A stretch of 64,000 nt of DNA from an uncultured Chthonomonadaceae bacterium (GTDB lineage Bacteria; Armatimonadota; Chthonomonadetes; Chthonomonadales; Chthonomonadaceae): the NCBI GenBank assembly GCA_963817895.1, contig CAWFQB010000002.1, positions 384,001-448,000 of the forward strand, given 5' to 3'. The position numbers and the translations under genes are program-made. Below are positions 1 through 11,845 of this stretch, piece by piece. The stretch's first letter is position 1; each line of letters begins with the position of its first letter. The notes beneath the pieces were generated by a model. It worked only from the letters and a program-made list of their open reading frames with translations, made no database searches and was not told the origin of the DNA.

Positions 1-524
1 CGGGCATACGCGGGTTGCGGTCAGCGGGCTGTTCGGCAATCCATTGCGGGCAAATTCTTGTGGAAGCCGGGGATGCACTGAAAACCGCCCATATCCGTAT
101 CCGTATCGGAAAGACATAGCACAGCCTGTACGCCCAATCGGGGCGGCAGTTTTGAGGTGTCCACATCCCAGTGCGTAAAGCCTTTGTGGTCGTAGTCGGG
201 ATGGTCGGGATGCCGGGGCAGTTTCATGCCCACGCGGTCAATGGTGACCGCAAGGTGGGGCGTTCCCAAAATCTCTGTAAACGCCTCGTACAATCGGGGA
301 TTTTGGCGATTGTCCCACATCGCCGGATGCTGGTACATTTCGATCATGCCGCCCGGTTTAAGCGGTTCGCGGTAACTGTCCTCTATATGGTTGCGGTCCA
401 ATCCCAGAAACTTCCACATCGCGTCAATCACGCGGTCGCAGTTTTCTTTGGGAATCACTTCGCGGGCAACGACATACCCCTGCTCGTCAAAAAACCGACG
501 GTTTTCCTCAGTCAAAATAGCCAT
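1..524 (-). CDS. Phytanoyl-CoA dioxygenase (PhyH)-family Fe(II)/2OG dioxygenase, partial; frameshift near 45-50, continues past window edge
   Basis: MAILTEENRRFFDEQGYVVAREVI, HWD iron motif (FTHWDVDT), GGFQCIPGFHK. Removing one C at ~48 restores KNLPQWIAEQPADRNPRMP. Confidence 0.75.
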
Positions 525-573
525 TGCGCAACATTCTCCCTGCTTTCCAGAAGCGTATGATTTATGCGCTGTT

Positions 574-1245
574 TTACGCCATATTCGCGTTGGTTTCCTC
601 CTCAGTTTCGCCTGCGCTCCCCTCGTCTTCTGTATCCTCCTCCTCTTCATCAGCGAAAATCGAATCCACACTCAAATTCAGCCCCTGCAGAACATGGGAA
701 ACAATCACATTGCCGCTGCCATACAAGCCTGACCGAACATACTGTCCATTCTGCAATTGCAGCACTTCCACAGTTTGTATCGGCGCGCGAACTGCCCATA
801 TTTCCGGTACGCTGATGAGGGCGTAATCATCCAGTTTGCTTTGATATTTGCGTCCAACTTCATCGGGAGATAACACTTCGACCACCAATTCCGGCGTTAC
901 TTCAAGAACCTGTTGGTTACGCAATTGCCTGCGCCCGGAAATGCCCGTCCGGGCGCGACTTAAAAACAGTATGTCCGGCTGGCGTGTTTTCACGCGCGGC
1001 TCACGCGCAATCACCACATCTACTGGCGCATTGAGAACTACGCCCAATCTGTTACGGCGGACATACTCTTTCAACGGCTCGTAGATTTCGCCCGAAACCC
1101 ATTGATGGTCGAGCAAGGGGGCTGGACACATAGTTACCACTCCGTCAATGATTTCGTAGGGCCGATTGGTTTCCGGCGTACACAGGTATTCCTCATAGGA
1201 TATCGGCCTGCCGGAACGCGCGGCTCCTTCAATGGTTAATCGCAT
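574..1245 (-). CDS. Uma2/DUF820-family PD-(D/E)XK endonuclease with acidic C-terminal tail
   Basis: YEIIDGVVTMCPAP..HQ, RQPDI, PELVVEVLSP, KLDDYALISVPEIW pattern typical of Uma2. Confidence 0.85.
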   Translation of the reverse strand: MRLTIEGAARSGRPISYEEYLCTPETNRPYEIIDGVVTMCPAPLLDHQWVSGEIYEPLKEYVRRNRLGVVLNAPVDVVIAREPRVKTRQPDILFLSRARTGISGRRQLRNQQVLEVTPELVVEVLSPDEVGRKYQSKLDDYALISVPEIWAVRAPIQTVEVLQLQNGQYVRSGLYGSGNVIVSHVLQGLNLSVDSIFADEEEEDTEDEGSAGETEEETNANMA

Positions 1246-1540
1246 GGTCTTGCTCCTGCGTGTCTTGACTACGCATTTTGATTTGCGCGGTCAGGAGTTG
1301 GTTTTGCGTTGCCGCCAACTGCGTTTGCGTTACGGCCAATTTCGTTCGGGTTTGGCGTAATTGCTGCTGTGACAGCGTCAGTTCTCGCGCCAGATACGCG
1401 TTATTGTGCTGAAAGCCATCTGCGCGGTGTTTCCATTGCCCCATCACGCCGATGCTGTGCATCGTTATAAACCCACACATCACCGTCCACACGCCCAACA
1501 TCGCCCAAATCGGCGTAGACATTTTCGGTAATCGCTGCAT
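1229..1540 (-). CDS. Small hypothetical protein: N-terminal TM helix plus coiled coil
   Basis: Hydrophobic stretch IWAMLGVWTVMCGFITM followed by Q/T/L heptads; GGAG SD upstream. Confidence 0.55.
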   Translation of the reverse strand: MQRLPKMSTPIWAMLGVWTVMCGFITMHSIGVMGQWKHRADGFQHNNAYLARELTLSQQQLRQTRTKLAVTQTQLAATQNQLLTAQIKMRSQDTQEQDHAINH

Positions 1541-1565
1541 CGTTGATACTCCTTCTAACTGAGGC

Positions 1566-1700
1566 AGGTTATCAGGTTGTCAGGTTGTTAGTTGTTAGGT
1601 TGTTAGGACAATGCAAGAGTTTGTGTTTACTTGTATACAGTAAGACCATCTGCCGAGTACCTAACAACTAACAACCTGACAACCTGACAACCTAACCTAA
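1566..1700. repeat. Inverted tandem-repeat element, (G)GTTGTTAG/GGTTGTCA units
   Basis: Left arm GGTTGTCAGGTTGTTAGTTGTTAGG (1566-1607) is the reverse complement of right arm CCTAACAACTAACAACCTGACAACC (1660-1700); abuts the ggt stop codon. Confidence 0.9.
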
Positions 1701-3378
1701 AATCCTGCCGCGTGGCCGTCGCAACGCGGGTCGGAACCGCCATGATACGCGCCGGTTTGCGGGTCGCGGGCAATAAGTTGGTACGAACTGCTGTGTCCCC
1801 ATTCCGGCAGCCAGTCTACCGCGTGTCCCCGCGCTTCCAATTCCTCGCGCACTCCTGTTTCTATACGCGATTCGATTGCCAGAACTTCCCGCCCTGCTCC
1901 AGATTCTGCATCCCCCCTCGTCACCACTTCGCCATGCTGCCACCGCGCCGCTTCAATCGCCTCCTGCGGGTTCATGCCATAATCTATGATATTGCAAATC
2001 ACCTGCAAATTGCTCTGCACCTGCACATCCGCGCCGGGAGTGCCGCCGATAAAGGCAAGGGATGAGGGATGAGGGATGAGGGATGAAGCGTGGAAGTTGG
2101 CATTGTAATCATCTTGCATCCTTCTCCTTCTCCTTTTCTTTATCCTTTGTCACGATATACGCATTGAGCGTGTGGGCGGTGCGCTTGCCGGGGGCGAGGA
2201 CATTGACATCGGTCGGGATCGAGGGAAAAGCCGGTCATGCGGTTGTTGAACAGGATGCCCGTACCCGGAACAATCACGCCGCTGCCCCACACATAAAAGA
2301 CGCTTTGTATGAAGCTGATGGCGTTGCCTTCCGCGTCGGCAATGCAGAAGTAGGTGGTGTCGTGATGGATGTTGCCGGGGCGGGCGCGATTGGCGGCGTG
2401 ATGCAGGTCAATCTCATTCCGGCGCTGTTCGGCGTAGGGTTTGGACAGCAGCGTATCTATGGGAACCTTAACAAAGTTCGGGTCGCCCAGATACGCGGCG
2501 CGATCCGCAAATGCCAGTTTCTTGGCTTCCACCTGTACGTGAATCGCGTCCGCGCTGTTGTGGCCCATGCCGGCAAGGTCGAAACCCTCCACAAGATTAA
2601 GTTCCTGTAACAGAATATGCCCCTGCGATACGGGCGGCTGACCGTGAACCGTGTAGCCGCGATAGTTGGTTTTAATGGGTTCCGTGATTTGCGTTTGGTG
2701 GTTTGCGAAGTCTTCTGAGGTGAACAAACCGCCATTGGCATCGCTGTATTCCAGAACGCGGCGGGTGATTTCACCCTTATAAAAAGCGTCGCGCCCGCCG
2801 TCTGCAATCTGTTGCAGCGTCCACGCGAGTTCAGGCTGATGAATGGTTTGGCCGGGAATGGGAGGAGTGTTGTCGGGCAGCCAGATACGCGCGCTGTCGG
2901 GAAACGGGCGCAGAGTGGGGGCGTTCATCCGGCAAACGCGGGACATGCGGTAACTGAGCGGAAAGCCGTCCTGCGCGTATCCGATGGCGGGCGCAAGCAG
3001 TTCCGCAACGGGCAGTTTGCCCCACTTCTCATGCAGCGCGAACCATGTATCCACCAGACCGGGTACGCTTGCCGCCGACAAACCGCGCAGGGGAATGGCG
3101 TTGCCGAAAAGCGCTAATGTGGCGCGGCCCGGCGCGGCTCCGCTGCCGTTCAACGCCGTTGTTTGTTCGGTTTTGGCGTCGTACACGATCACGAACGCAT
3201 CGCCGCCGATCTGACTGGCCGAGGGTTCCACAACCGCAAGCGTTGCCGAAACCGCAAGCGCGGCATCCACGAACGTTCCCCCGCGCATCAGCACGTTCAA
3301 GCCCGCCGAAACCGCGAGGGGCTGCGACGCCGCCACCATGCCCTGCTTTGCCACCACCACGCCCCGATGCTGTGCCAT
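1697..3378 (-). CDS. ggt: Gamma-glutamyltransferase; frameshifts near 2215 and 2120, with an in-gene repeat insertion
   Basis: GMVAASQPLA, IGGDAF, nucleophile motif HDTTYF, NNRMTGFSLDP, GGTPGADVQVQ, GGSDPRCDGHAAGF. Confidence 0.9.
2059..2147. repeat. (GGGATGA)n tandem repeat with degenerate pyrimidine-rich counter-arm, inside ggt
   Basis: GGGATGAGGGATGAGGGATGAGGGATGAA at 2059-2087 translates as SSLIPHPSSL; ATCCTTCTCCTTCTCCTT arm translates as KEKEKEK. Confidence 0.75.
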
Positions 3379-3407
3379 GCTTGCCTCCAAAGAAATGAAG
3401 TTAATAC

Positions 3408-3568
3408 TTTTCACCACCAAGACGCCAAGAACACCAAGAAATTCAGAAGAGAGTACAAGAATACTAAAAACCACGCATCTATTGATGTGAATGTCCCGAT
3501 CCCTCTTAAATCCGTTCTTTTATCTTCTCTTGTATTTCTTGGTGTTCTTGGCGTCTTGGTGGTGAAAA
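3408..3568. repeat. Inverted repeat element with perfect 35-bp arms (9-nt ACCAAGAAC-type units)
   Basis: TTTTCACCACCAAGACGCCAAGAACACCAAGAAAT (3408-3442) is the exact reverse complement of 3534-3568; AT-rich spacer. Confidence 0.95.
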
Positions 3569-3640
3569 CTTACGAAGTTTACTTGAATTGCGGTACTATT
3601 ACCACAACTTCGATTGAACTGGAAAGGCTTATCCAAAACT

Positions 3641-6091
3641 ATGCGCTTTCATACGGTTCCGTTCGCGTTTGCTGTTGGCGTTGTCGCGTCCATAATAAGT
3701 GCGTTGTTTGCCGCTCCTGTCTACGCGCAAAACGGGTACCAGAAACCTCCCGCCGCGATACTGAATGTACTGAATACGCCGCCGCCGCCAACAACGTCCC
3801 TCAGCCCGGACGGAAGCGCGTTGCTGCTGGAAGAGTATAGCCGTTATCCGGCGATTGCGGAAATCTCGCAGCCCATGCTGCGGCTTGCCGGACTGCGCAT
3901 CAATCCTGATACGAACGGCCCGCATCTCGCTTTTCATGGCCGCGCGCTGACGCTGAAAATGCTGGCAGACGGCAAAAGCCATGCTCTTGCCCTGCCGCCC
4001 AATGCGTTTCTCAGCGCGCCCGTGTGGTCCCACGACGGCAAACGGTTCGCGTTTACCAATACTCTGCCGGGACGCATTGAACTATGGATTGGCTCAACAG
4101 AAAGCGCGACTGTAAAACGCTTTCCCATGCCGAATGTCAATGCCGCCTTTGGTCCCGGCCTGCAATGGATGCCGGACAATAAAACACTGTTGTGTCCGGC
4201 TGTTCCTCCGATGCGAGGCAACCCGCCTGTCGCGCCCCGTGTTCCGTCCGGTCCCATGGTACAGGAGAGTGAAGGCAAGGCCGCGCCCGTCCGCACCTAT
4301 GAGGACATGCTGCAAAACCGGCATGACGAAGACCTGTTTGAGTATTATGCCACGTCGCAATGGATGCTTGTCGAGCCGGATACGGGCCGCGCAGGTTCCG
4401 TGGGGCAAGCCCGCCATTTACCAGAACGCCGAGCCGTCGCCGGATGGCAGGCATCTGCTTGTCAATCGCGTTCATCGGCCTTTTTCGTATCTGCTGCCCG
4501 CGTCCGAGTTCCCGCATGATGTGGAGATATGGGATCGGCAGGGGAAAGTGGAAGCGCAAATCGCCAGCCTGCCGCTTGCCGACAACGTTCCCATTGATGG
4601 CGTTCCCGTCGGCCCGCGCAGCGTGCAGTGGAAGCCGACGGAACCGGCGACGCTGTTGTGGGTGGAAGCATTGGACGGCGGCAATCCCAAAACCAACGCC
4701 GCGTACCGGGATCAGGTACGGATGCAGGCCGCGCCGTTCACGGTTCCGCCCCTGACGCTTGTCCAGACCGAACAGCGCTTTCAATCCCTGTTGTGGACAG
4801 CCGACGGCAAAAGCGCCCTGCTGCGCGACTACGACCCGCTGAAGCGCCGAACCCGAACGTTTTTGCTGTCCGGCAATCCGCCCGCAACTCCCCTGCGCCC
4901 CTGTGGGACAAGTCCAGCGAAGAGCGGTATACCGACCCCGGCGTAGCCCCTGCTTCGTCGCCTGCCGACCGGCGGAAACGTCTTGTGGGGGCAGGGCAAT
5001 ACGATTTATTTGAGCCGGTTTGGGCGCGTCCCCGACCGGCGACCATCCATTTTTAGACCGCTTCAATGTGATGACGCGGCAGGCCGAACGCCTGTTTCAG
5101 TCGGATAACGCGGGTTACGAAACCGTAGTCGGATTGCTTGCCCCGGATGGCAGCCGCTTCGTCACGCGCCGGGAAACCCAAACCGAGCCGCCCAATCTCT
5201 ATATTCGCAACGCGAAAAGCGACGCGAAAACCGCCCTGACCGATTTCCGCGATCCGTCCCCGCAACTGCGTGGCATCACCAAACGGCTTGTCACCTACAA
5301 GCGCGCGGACGGCGTACCCCTGTCGTTCACCCTCTATCTGCCTCCGACTACAAACCGGGCGAACGCCTGCCGACGGTTATATGGGCGTACCCGCGCGAGT
5401 TCGGGGACGCGAATACGGCGGGGCAGGTGTCCGGTTCGCCCAACCGATTCACCACGATTGGCAGCTACTCGCACCTGTTCTTTTTGACGCAGGGCTACGC
5501 GGTTCTGGACGACGCGACGATGCCGGTAGTCGGGGACAGGGAAACGCAGAACAACACCTACATCGAGCAGATCGTTTCCAGCGCGCAGCCGCTATTGATA
5601 AAGCCGTTGAACTGGGTGTCACGGACCGCAACCGCGTGGGCGTGGGCGGACACAGTTACGGCGCGTTTATGACCGCAAATCTACTGGCGCACTCCGATTT
5701 GTTCCGGGCGGGCATTGCCCGAAGCGGAGCCTACAACCGCACGCTCACGCCGTTCGGATTCCAGAGCGAACGGCGAACGCTATGGGAAGCGCCCGACATG
5801 TACATGAAGGTATCGCCCTTTCTGTACGCGGATAAAATCCGCGCGCCCCTGCTGATGATTCACGGCATCGCGGACGACAACCCCGGCACGTTCCCCATTC
5901 AAAGCCAGCGCATGTACGAGGCGATACGCGGCAACGGCGGGCATGTTCGCCTTGTCATGCTGCCCGACGAAGCGCACGGCTATCAGGCGCGCGAGTCCGT
6001 AGAACATGTTCTGTACGAAATGGTGGCATGGTTCGACAAATACGTCAAAAACGCGCCCCAACCCTCCTTCAGCGGCAGTGGAGGAGAGTGA
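3641..6091 (+). CDS. Secreted S9-family (prolyl oligopeptidase-like) peptidase; several frameshifts
   Basis: Signal peptide; GGHSYGAFMTANLL nucleophile motif, RSGAYNRTLTPFGFQ, HGIADDN, EAHGY. Spread across ORFs 3614, 4134, 5020, 5427 and 5270. Confidence 0.85.
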
Positions 6092-6260
6092 AGGAGAGCG
6101 ATTATTCCGTTAAGTTCGCCTGAAATTGCATCATTGAACAATATAGCAGGTAATATGTAGAAATTGAACGTAAACCTGCGCGTTGCGCAGAAAAAGCATA
6201 AGCATGATCTAACCGGAAGATTGTACGCGATACGGTCAGGATAGCAGGTTAGGACTTAAT

Positions 6261-9200
6261 CTGATAAGTCAGACGATTGCAGGCTATACCATTGTCGAGC
6301 GACCTTATCGCGGCAAAACGTCCCTGGTTTACCGGGCCATACACCCGACGGACGCGCGCCGCGTGGTCATTAAAACGTCGGCTACACCCATCCCGATGAG
6401 CAGGAACGGGAGCGCCTGCGCCGCGAATTTCGGCTGATGCGGCAGATAAGCGATCCGGGCGTGGCGCAGGCGTTTGCGCTCGAACCCTGCGGCGACAGCC
6501 TGGCCCTGATCATGGAACACGCGCCCGGACAAACGCTGCATGCCTACCTGAACGGCGTGGCCATGCCGGTATCGGAGTTTTTGCCGACCGCCATTGCCCT
6601 GTCCGACGCGCTGACAGCCGTTCACAAAGCGGGAATCGCGCATCGAGACGTGACGGCTTCCAACATCGTGCTGCACCCGACCAGCGGCAGCGTCAAATTG
6701 ATTGACTTCGACATCGCTTCCGCCCTGCCGCGCCTGGCCCCGTCCACCCGCAATCCTCATGCGCTGGAGGGAACGCTGGCCTATATCGCGCCCGAACAAA
6801 CGGGGCGCATCAACCGCTCCGTGGACAGCCGCGCCGATTTGTACTCGCTGGGCGTGGTGTTTTACCAGATGCTGACCGGCAGCCTGCCCTTTTCGTCCCG
6901 CGACCCGCTGGAACTGGTGCATTGCCACCTCGCGCAGACGCCGCCCGATCCCACAAGAGTAGAATCCTGCCGTTCCGCCCGTTCTGGCGCAAATCGCGCT
7001 GCGGTTGATGGCGAAAATGCCGGAAGACCGCTATCAGAGCGCGGCGGGCCTGAAAGCGGATTTGCAGAAATGTCTGAACGCAGAGCCGGGACAGCCGTTC
7101 CCCGACTTTGTGCTCGGCGAAAACGATGTTTCGCCCCGGTTCGCGCTGCCGGAAAAGCTGTACGGGCGCGAACAGGAAATTGCGCGACTACAGACCGCCT
7201 TCGCGCAAAACGATAATCAACCCCGGCTTGTGCTGATCCGGGGCTATTCCGGGGTCGGCAAATCCCGGCTGGTGGCGGAACTGCAGGGCGCGATTGCAGA
7301 CAGGCGCGGTTTTTTTCTCACGGGTAAATTCGATCAGATGAACCGCGATGCGCCGTTCCAAACACTGCGCAATTCATTTCGCGAGCTGATGCGGCAGATC
7401 ATGGCGGAAAGCGAGGAGGCCGTTGCCCAATGGCGCGAACGCCTGCGGGACGCCCTGGGAACAAACGGACAAATCGTTGCCGAAGCCCTGCCCGAACTCA
7501 CGCAAATTCTCGGCCCGCAGTTGCCCGTTCCCCTCTTACCCCCCGTTGAATCACAAAATCGCTTCGAGCGCGTGTTTCGAGCCTTCCTACAGGTATTTTG
7601 TCGTCCAGAACATCCTCTGTGCCTGTTTCTGGATGACCTGCAATGGATTGACGCGGCCACGCTGGCGTGGCTGGAAACCACCGTCGGGGATGTGGCATTG
7701 GGTTCGCTGCTGCTCATCGGCGCGTACCGGGAGAACGAGGTCAGCGCGTCCCATCTCCTGCAAATCGCGCTGGACCGCATCCGGGAGCGGAATCTGCCCC
7801 TCGAAACCCTCCTTTTGCAGCTACCCCCTTTTACCGCCGTGTCGCGCTTTGTGGCGGATGCCGTACATGTCGATGAGGCCGGCGCAAGGGAACTGGCGCA
7901 GGTTCTTTACGATAAAACGCAGGGCAATCCCTTCTTCCTCAACCAACTGCTGCTGTCGCTGCATGAAGAAGACTTGTTGCGCTTCGACTATGTTCATCTG
8001 CGGTGGACATGGGACATCGAGGCCATTGCCGCCCGCGAGGTCAGCGTCAATGTGGTCGAACTGCTTGTAGACCGCATGGCCCGCCTGAGCGCGGAGTGCC
8101 GGGAAATGCTGCCGCTTGCCGCCTGCATCGGCGCGGAGTTTACGCTCGGCCTGCTGCAAAGCGTGAGCGGATGGGAGGCGCAGGAACTGGAAACGCGCCT
8201 GTACGAAGCCGCCACTCTGGGCCTGATTGCGCCGACCAACTCCGAACGGGCGTTTCGCTTCCGGCACGACCGCGTACAGCAAAGCGCTCTCTTGCTGCTG
8301 TCGGAGGCGACAGCGGATCGCGTTCATCTGCTGATCGGGCGCAAGATGGTGGCGGAGGGCGCGGACGCGCCTGCCGATCCCCGCTTATTTGCCGCGCTCG
8401 GGCATTTACTGGCTGCTGAAGACCAAATTACCGACCATGCGGAGCGCGAACAAATCGCGCGTTTGAGCGTCACGGCGGCGGGGCGAGCGCGGCGGGCGAC
8501 GGCGTATGCGCGGGCGTTGGACTATTGCCGCGCCGGAATGCGTCTGATGGCCGGACTGGAAACCGCGCAATCGCCCCTGTGGCTCGAGTGCCTGCTGGAA
8601 AGCGCGCAGGCCGCGTATTTGAGTGGCGACGACGCGCAGGCGGAACAATTTTTCGCGCGCGCTCTGGAGGCCGGCACAGACGATTTCGACCGCGCCCGCG
8701 TGTACGAGCAGAAAACGCATTTTCTAACGCAGAAGGCGGATTTTCCCGGCGCGTATGCCTGCGGGCGCGAAGGCGCGGCGCTGTTCGGCGTGTGTCTGCC
8801 TGCCGGCTTCCATCCCGCGTATCTGGCGCGTCAACTCGCGCTTGTGAAAGCGGGAATGCGGGGGCGCAGTCCGCGCGAACTCGCCGGCCTCCCCGAAATG
8901 ACCGACCCGCGCCTGCGGATTGGAGCGCGGCTGGCAACCGCCGTTCTCAAAGCGGCGTACCAGATCAGGCCAGAATTGTGCGTGGCCGGCTCCGCCACTC
9001 TGGTCAATCTGTGTCTGCGGCGCGGCAACTTTCCCGAGTGTCCCGTCGCGTATTTGCCCCTGGGTCCTATTTTTCTGGGCGGCGTCCTGGGGCGGCATAA
9101 GGCCGGACACGAGTGGGGACAGCTTTGCCTTGCGTTGCTGGACAAATTCCATGTTACTCAGCAAACGGCAGAAGTAAATTTTGTATACGCCTACTTCGCG

Positions 9201-11771
9201 CATGCCTGGCTGCGTCCTTTAGAAACCACGGAAGCCTATTTTCGAGTCGCATACCAATCCGGCGCGCAGATGGGGGACTTTTTCCATGCGGGTTGCGGGT
9301 GCAGCGGATTGGCGCAACACGCGCTTATGCAGGGCGCAGACTTGAATTCCGTGTTGGCGGAGTGTGAGCGCGGCATGGACTTTTTGGAACGGGTTCAGAA
9401 TCGGGAAAACCTCGGCACGCTGCTGGCGGTTCGGCAGGCGGTACGGTGTCTGCGGGGGGAAACCCACGCTCCCGACTCGTTTGCCGATGCGACCTTCGAC
9501 GAAGCCGCCTATGTCGAAGAGCTGAAAGGGTACGGCTCACCACATTTCGCGCACTATTACCATGTCAACAAGCTGCAAACGCTCGTCTTGTGGCGCGAAC
9601 ATGACGCGGCGTTGAACGTGGCGCGGGCTTCGTCCGCCTATTTGAAATCGTCCATCGGGATGCAGCATGCTGTGGAACACCATTTTTACGCGGGACTGCT
9701 TTATGCGGAATTAATCGCTCTGCGCCGCCCCGGCCCGCGCCGTCGCTGGCTGCAGACTCTGCGCGCCACAATCCGGCGGTTCCGGCAGTGGGCGCGAAAC
9801 TGCCCCGAAAATTTTCTGCATCGCGCTCTGCTGCTGGAAGCGGAACTGGCGCAAGTCACGGGACAGGATACAATCGCCGGGACGCGCTACGACCAGGCGA
9901 TTGAAGCCGCCGCGCAGCGCGGGTTTGCCCACCACGAGGCGCTTGCCAACGCGCTGTGCGGGCGCTGGCATCGGGCGCGGGGACGGATGCGTAACGCGCG
10001 TTTTTACCTGCGCGAAGCGGCGTATGGCTACCGGCGCTGGGGCGCGACCGCGATTGCGGACGCGCTCATCGAGGAGATCGGCGAATGGGTGTCCCGGGAG
10101 CAGAGCAGCGCGGAGGCCGCCGAGTCCACCAGGGCGGCGAGTGGCTCGACGCGCCACGACGCGCTAAATCTGGACATGGATACAGTGGTGAAAGCGGCGC
10201 AGGCGATTGCCAGCGAAGTGAAATTGTCTGAACTGCTGGCGCGGCTGCTGCATCTGGTCATGGAAAACGCGGGGGCAACGCGCGGTATTTTGCTCCTCCC
10301 GCGCGGCGGAGATTATGTGGCGCAGGCCGAGGGGAACGGCGCGGACATTCAGGTTAAATCCGGCTTGCCGCTTGCCGAGCATCCCGCTCTGGCGCGGTCA
10401 GTCGTTAATTATGTCGCGCGTTCGCGTGAAACCACGATTGTCAATCGTATGGGGCAGGACGCCCGATTTGCCGCCGACGCGTATTTACAGGCTGCCAGAC
10501 CGCGTTCCGTGTTGTGCGCCCCGCTCCTCAATCGCGGCGTTTTAAGCGGCATCCTCTATCTGGAAAACGGGTTGATTGAAGACGCTTTTACCGCTTCGCG
10601 CATCCAACTGCTGCAACTGCTTTCCGCGCAATTCGCTATTTCCATCGAAAACGCGCTGGCGTATGAAGTGCTGGAACAAAAGGTACAGGAGCGCACAGCG
10701 CAACTGGAAGCCCGCAACGCCCTGATACAGCAGATTTTCGGACGCTACAACACGCCGGAAGTTGTGGAGCGACTGCTGGAAGACCCCGGGGGGCTGAAAA
10801 TGGGCGGCGAAAAGCGCGAAGTGACCGCGCTAATTGCCGACCTGCGTGGGTTTGCCGCCTGCGCGGAGAGTCTCGCGCCCGACCAGGTGGTAACGCTGAT
10901 TAACAATTTTCTGCGGGTAATGACCGAAATCATTATTGCGCGCGGGGGAACAGTCAACGGACTTACGGGCGACGGCATGCTGGTGATATTCGGCGCTCCC
11001 CTCTCCTGTCCCGACCATGCCAATCGCGCGGTCAGGTGCGGCCTGGCGATGCAGCTTGCTATGGCGCAGGTAAATGAGTTCAATGCCGCGAATGGCCTGT
11101 CCCAGGTGCAAATGGGCATCGGCATCAGCACGGGCGAAGTGGTTGCGGGCAATATCGGCTCCCTGCAGCGCGCGTCTTACACGGTCATGGGAACCGCCGT
11201 CAATCTGGCCTCGCGTATTGAATCCGTAACTACAGGCGGACAGATTTTTATTTCCGAAGCCACGCTGACGCAGGCAGGCCCGGATGTAGAGATCGGCGCG
11301 CGGCTGGAAATCGAGGCCAAAGGCTTCCGTGGCAAAATTGCCATCTACGATACGCGCGGGGTCGCGGGCAGGGACAGCCTGCGCTTACCCGAAGAGACAT
11401 CCGAACTTATTCAGTTACCACACCCCATTGCCATTCGCTATACGCCCCTCAAAGACAAAAGCATGAGCGGCGAATCACAGGCGGGACGTATTACCTGGCT
11501 GTCCGAAGTCGAAGCGCATATCAGCGCGCCCAATCCGCCCCCGCCACTGACCGATGTGGCCGTCCGGCTGGCGCGGGAGGATGGGAGCGCGATAGACGCC
11601 CTGGCGTATGCTAAAGTGACAGCCGACGCCGCGCGAGAGGGAGCCGATTTTGTGTGCCGGTTCACCTCCGTGGAAACGGAAGCGCGCGATTTTTTGAATC
11701 TTGCCGTCATGCCATGCGCCCTCGTGAAAAATATAGAGGTAATAAAGGAGGAATTGACAACACAAAAGTGA
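6261..11771 (+). CDS. Multidomain Ser/Thr kinase - AAA (P-loop) - helical repeat - GAF - class III adenylate/guanylate cyclase - PilZ-like C-terminus; frameshifts near 6390 and 6960-7000
   Basis: VYRA..VVIK, HRDVTASN, IDFDIAS, GTLAYIAPEQTGR; GYSGVGKS, FLDDLQWID, GNPFF; GAF (SVLCAPLL..GILYLEN); cyclase ADLRGF, GDG, GIGISTGEVVAGNIGS, VNLASRIES. Start (CTG 6261) uncertain. Confidence 0.85.
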
Positions 11772-11845
11772 ATAGAAGCATCGTAACTCATATCTTCAAA
11801 AACTACCCGCCGCAATACGCCGCGCTGTTCGCTGAAAGGGACTAC

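Noticed and set aside
574..1245. Uma2 nuclease as the mobiliser of the hairpin elements
   Set aside because: No inverted arms directly flank it; Uma2 paralogues are common
3379..3474. N-terminal ORF extensions through repeats (also purK 36384, rplT 51193, GT4 60712, 46391, 25572)
   Set aside because: These are translations of repeat arms; true starts with SD sites lie downstream
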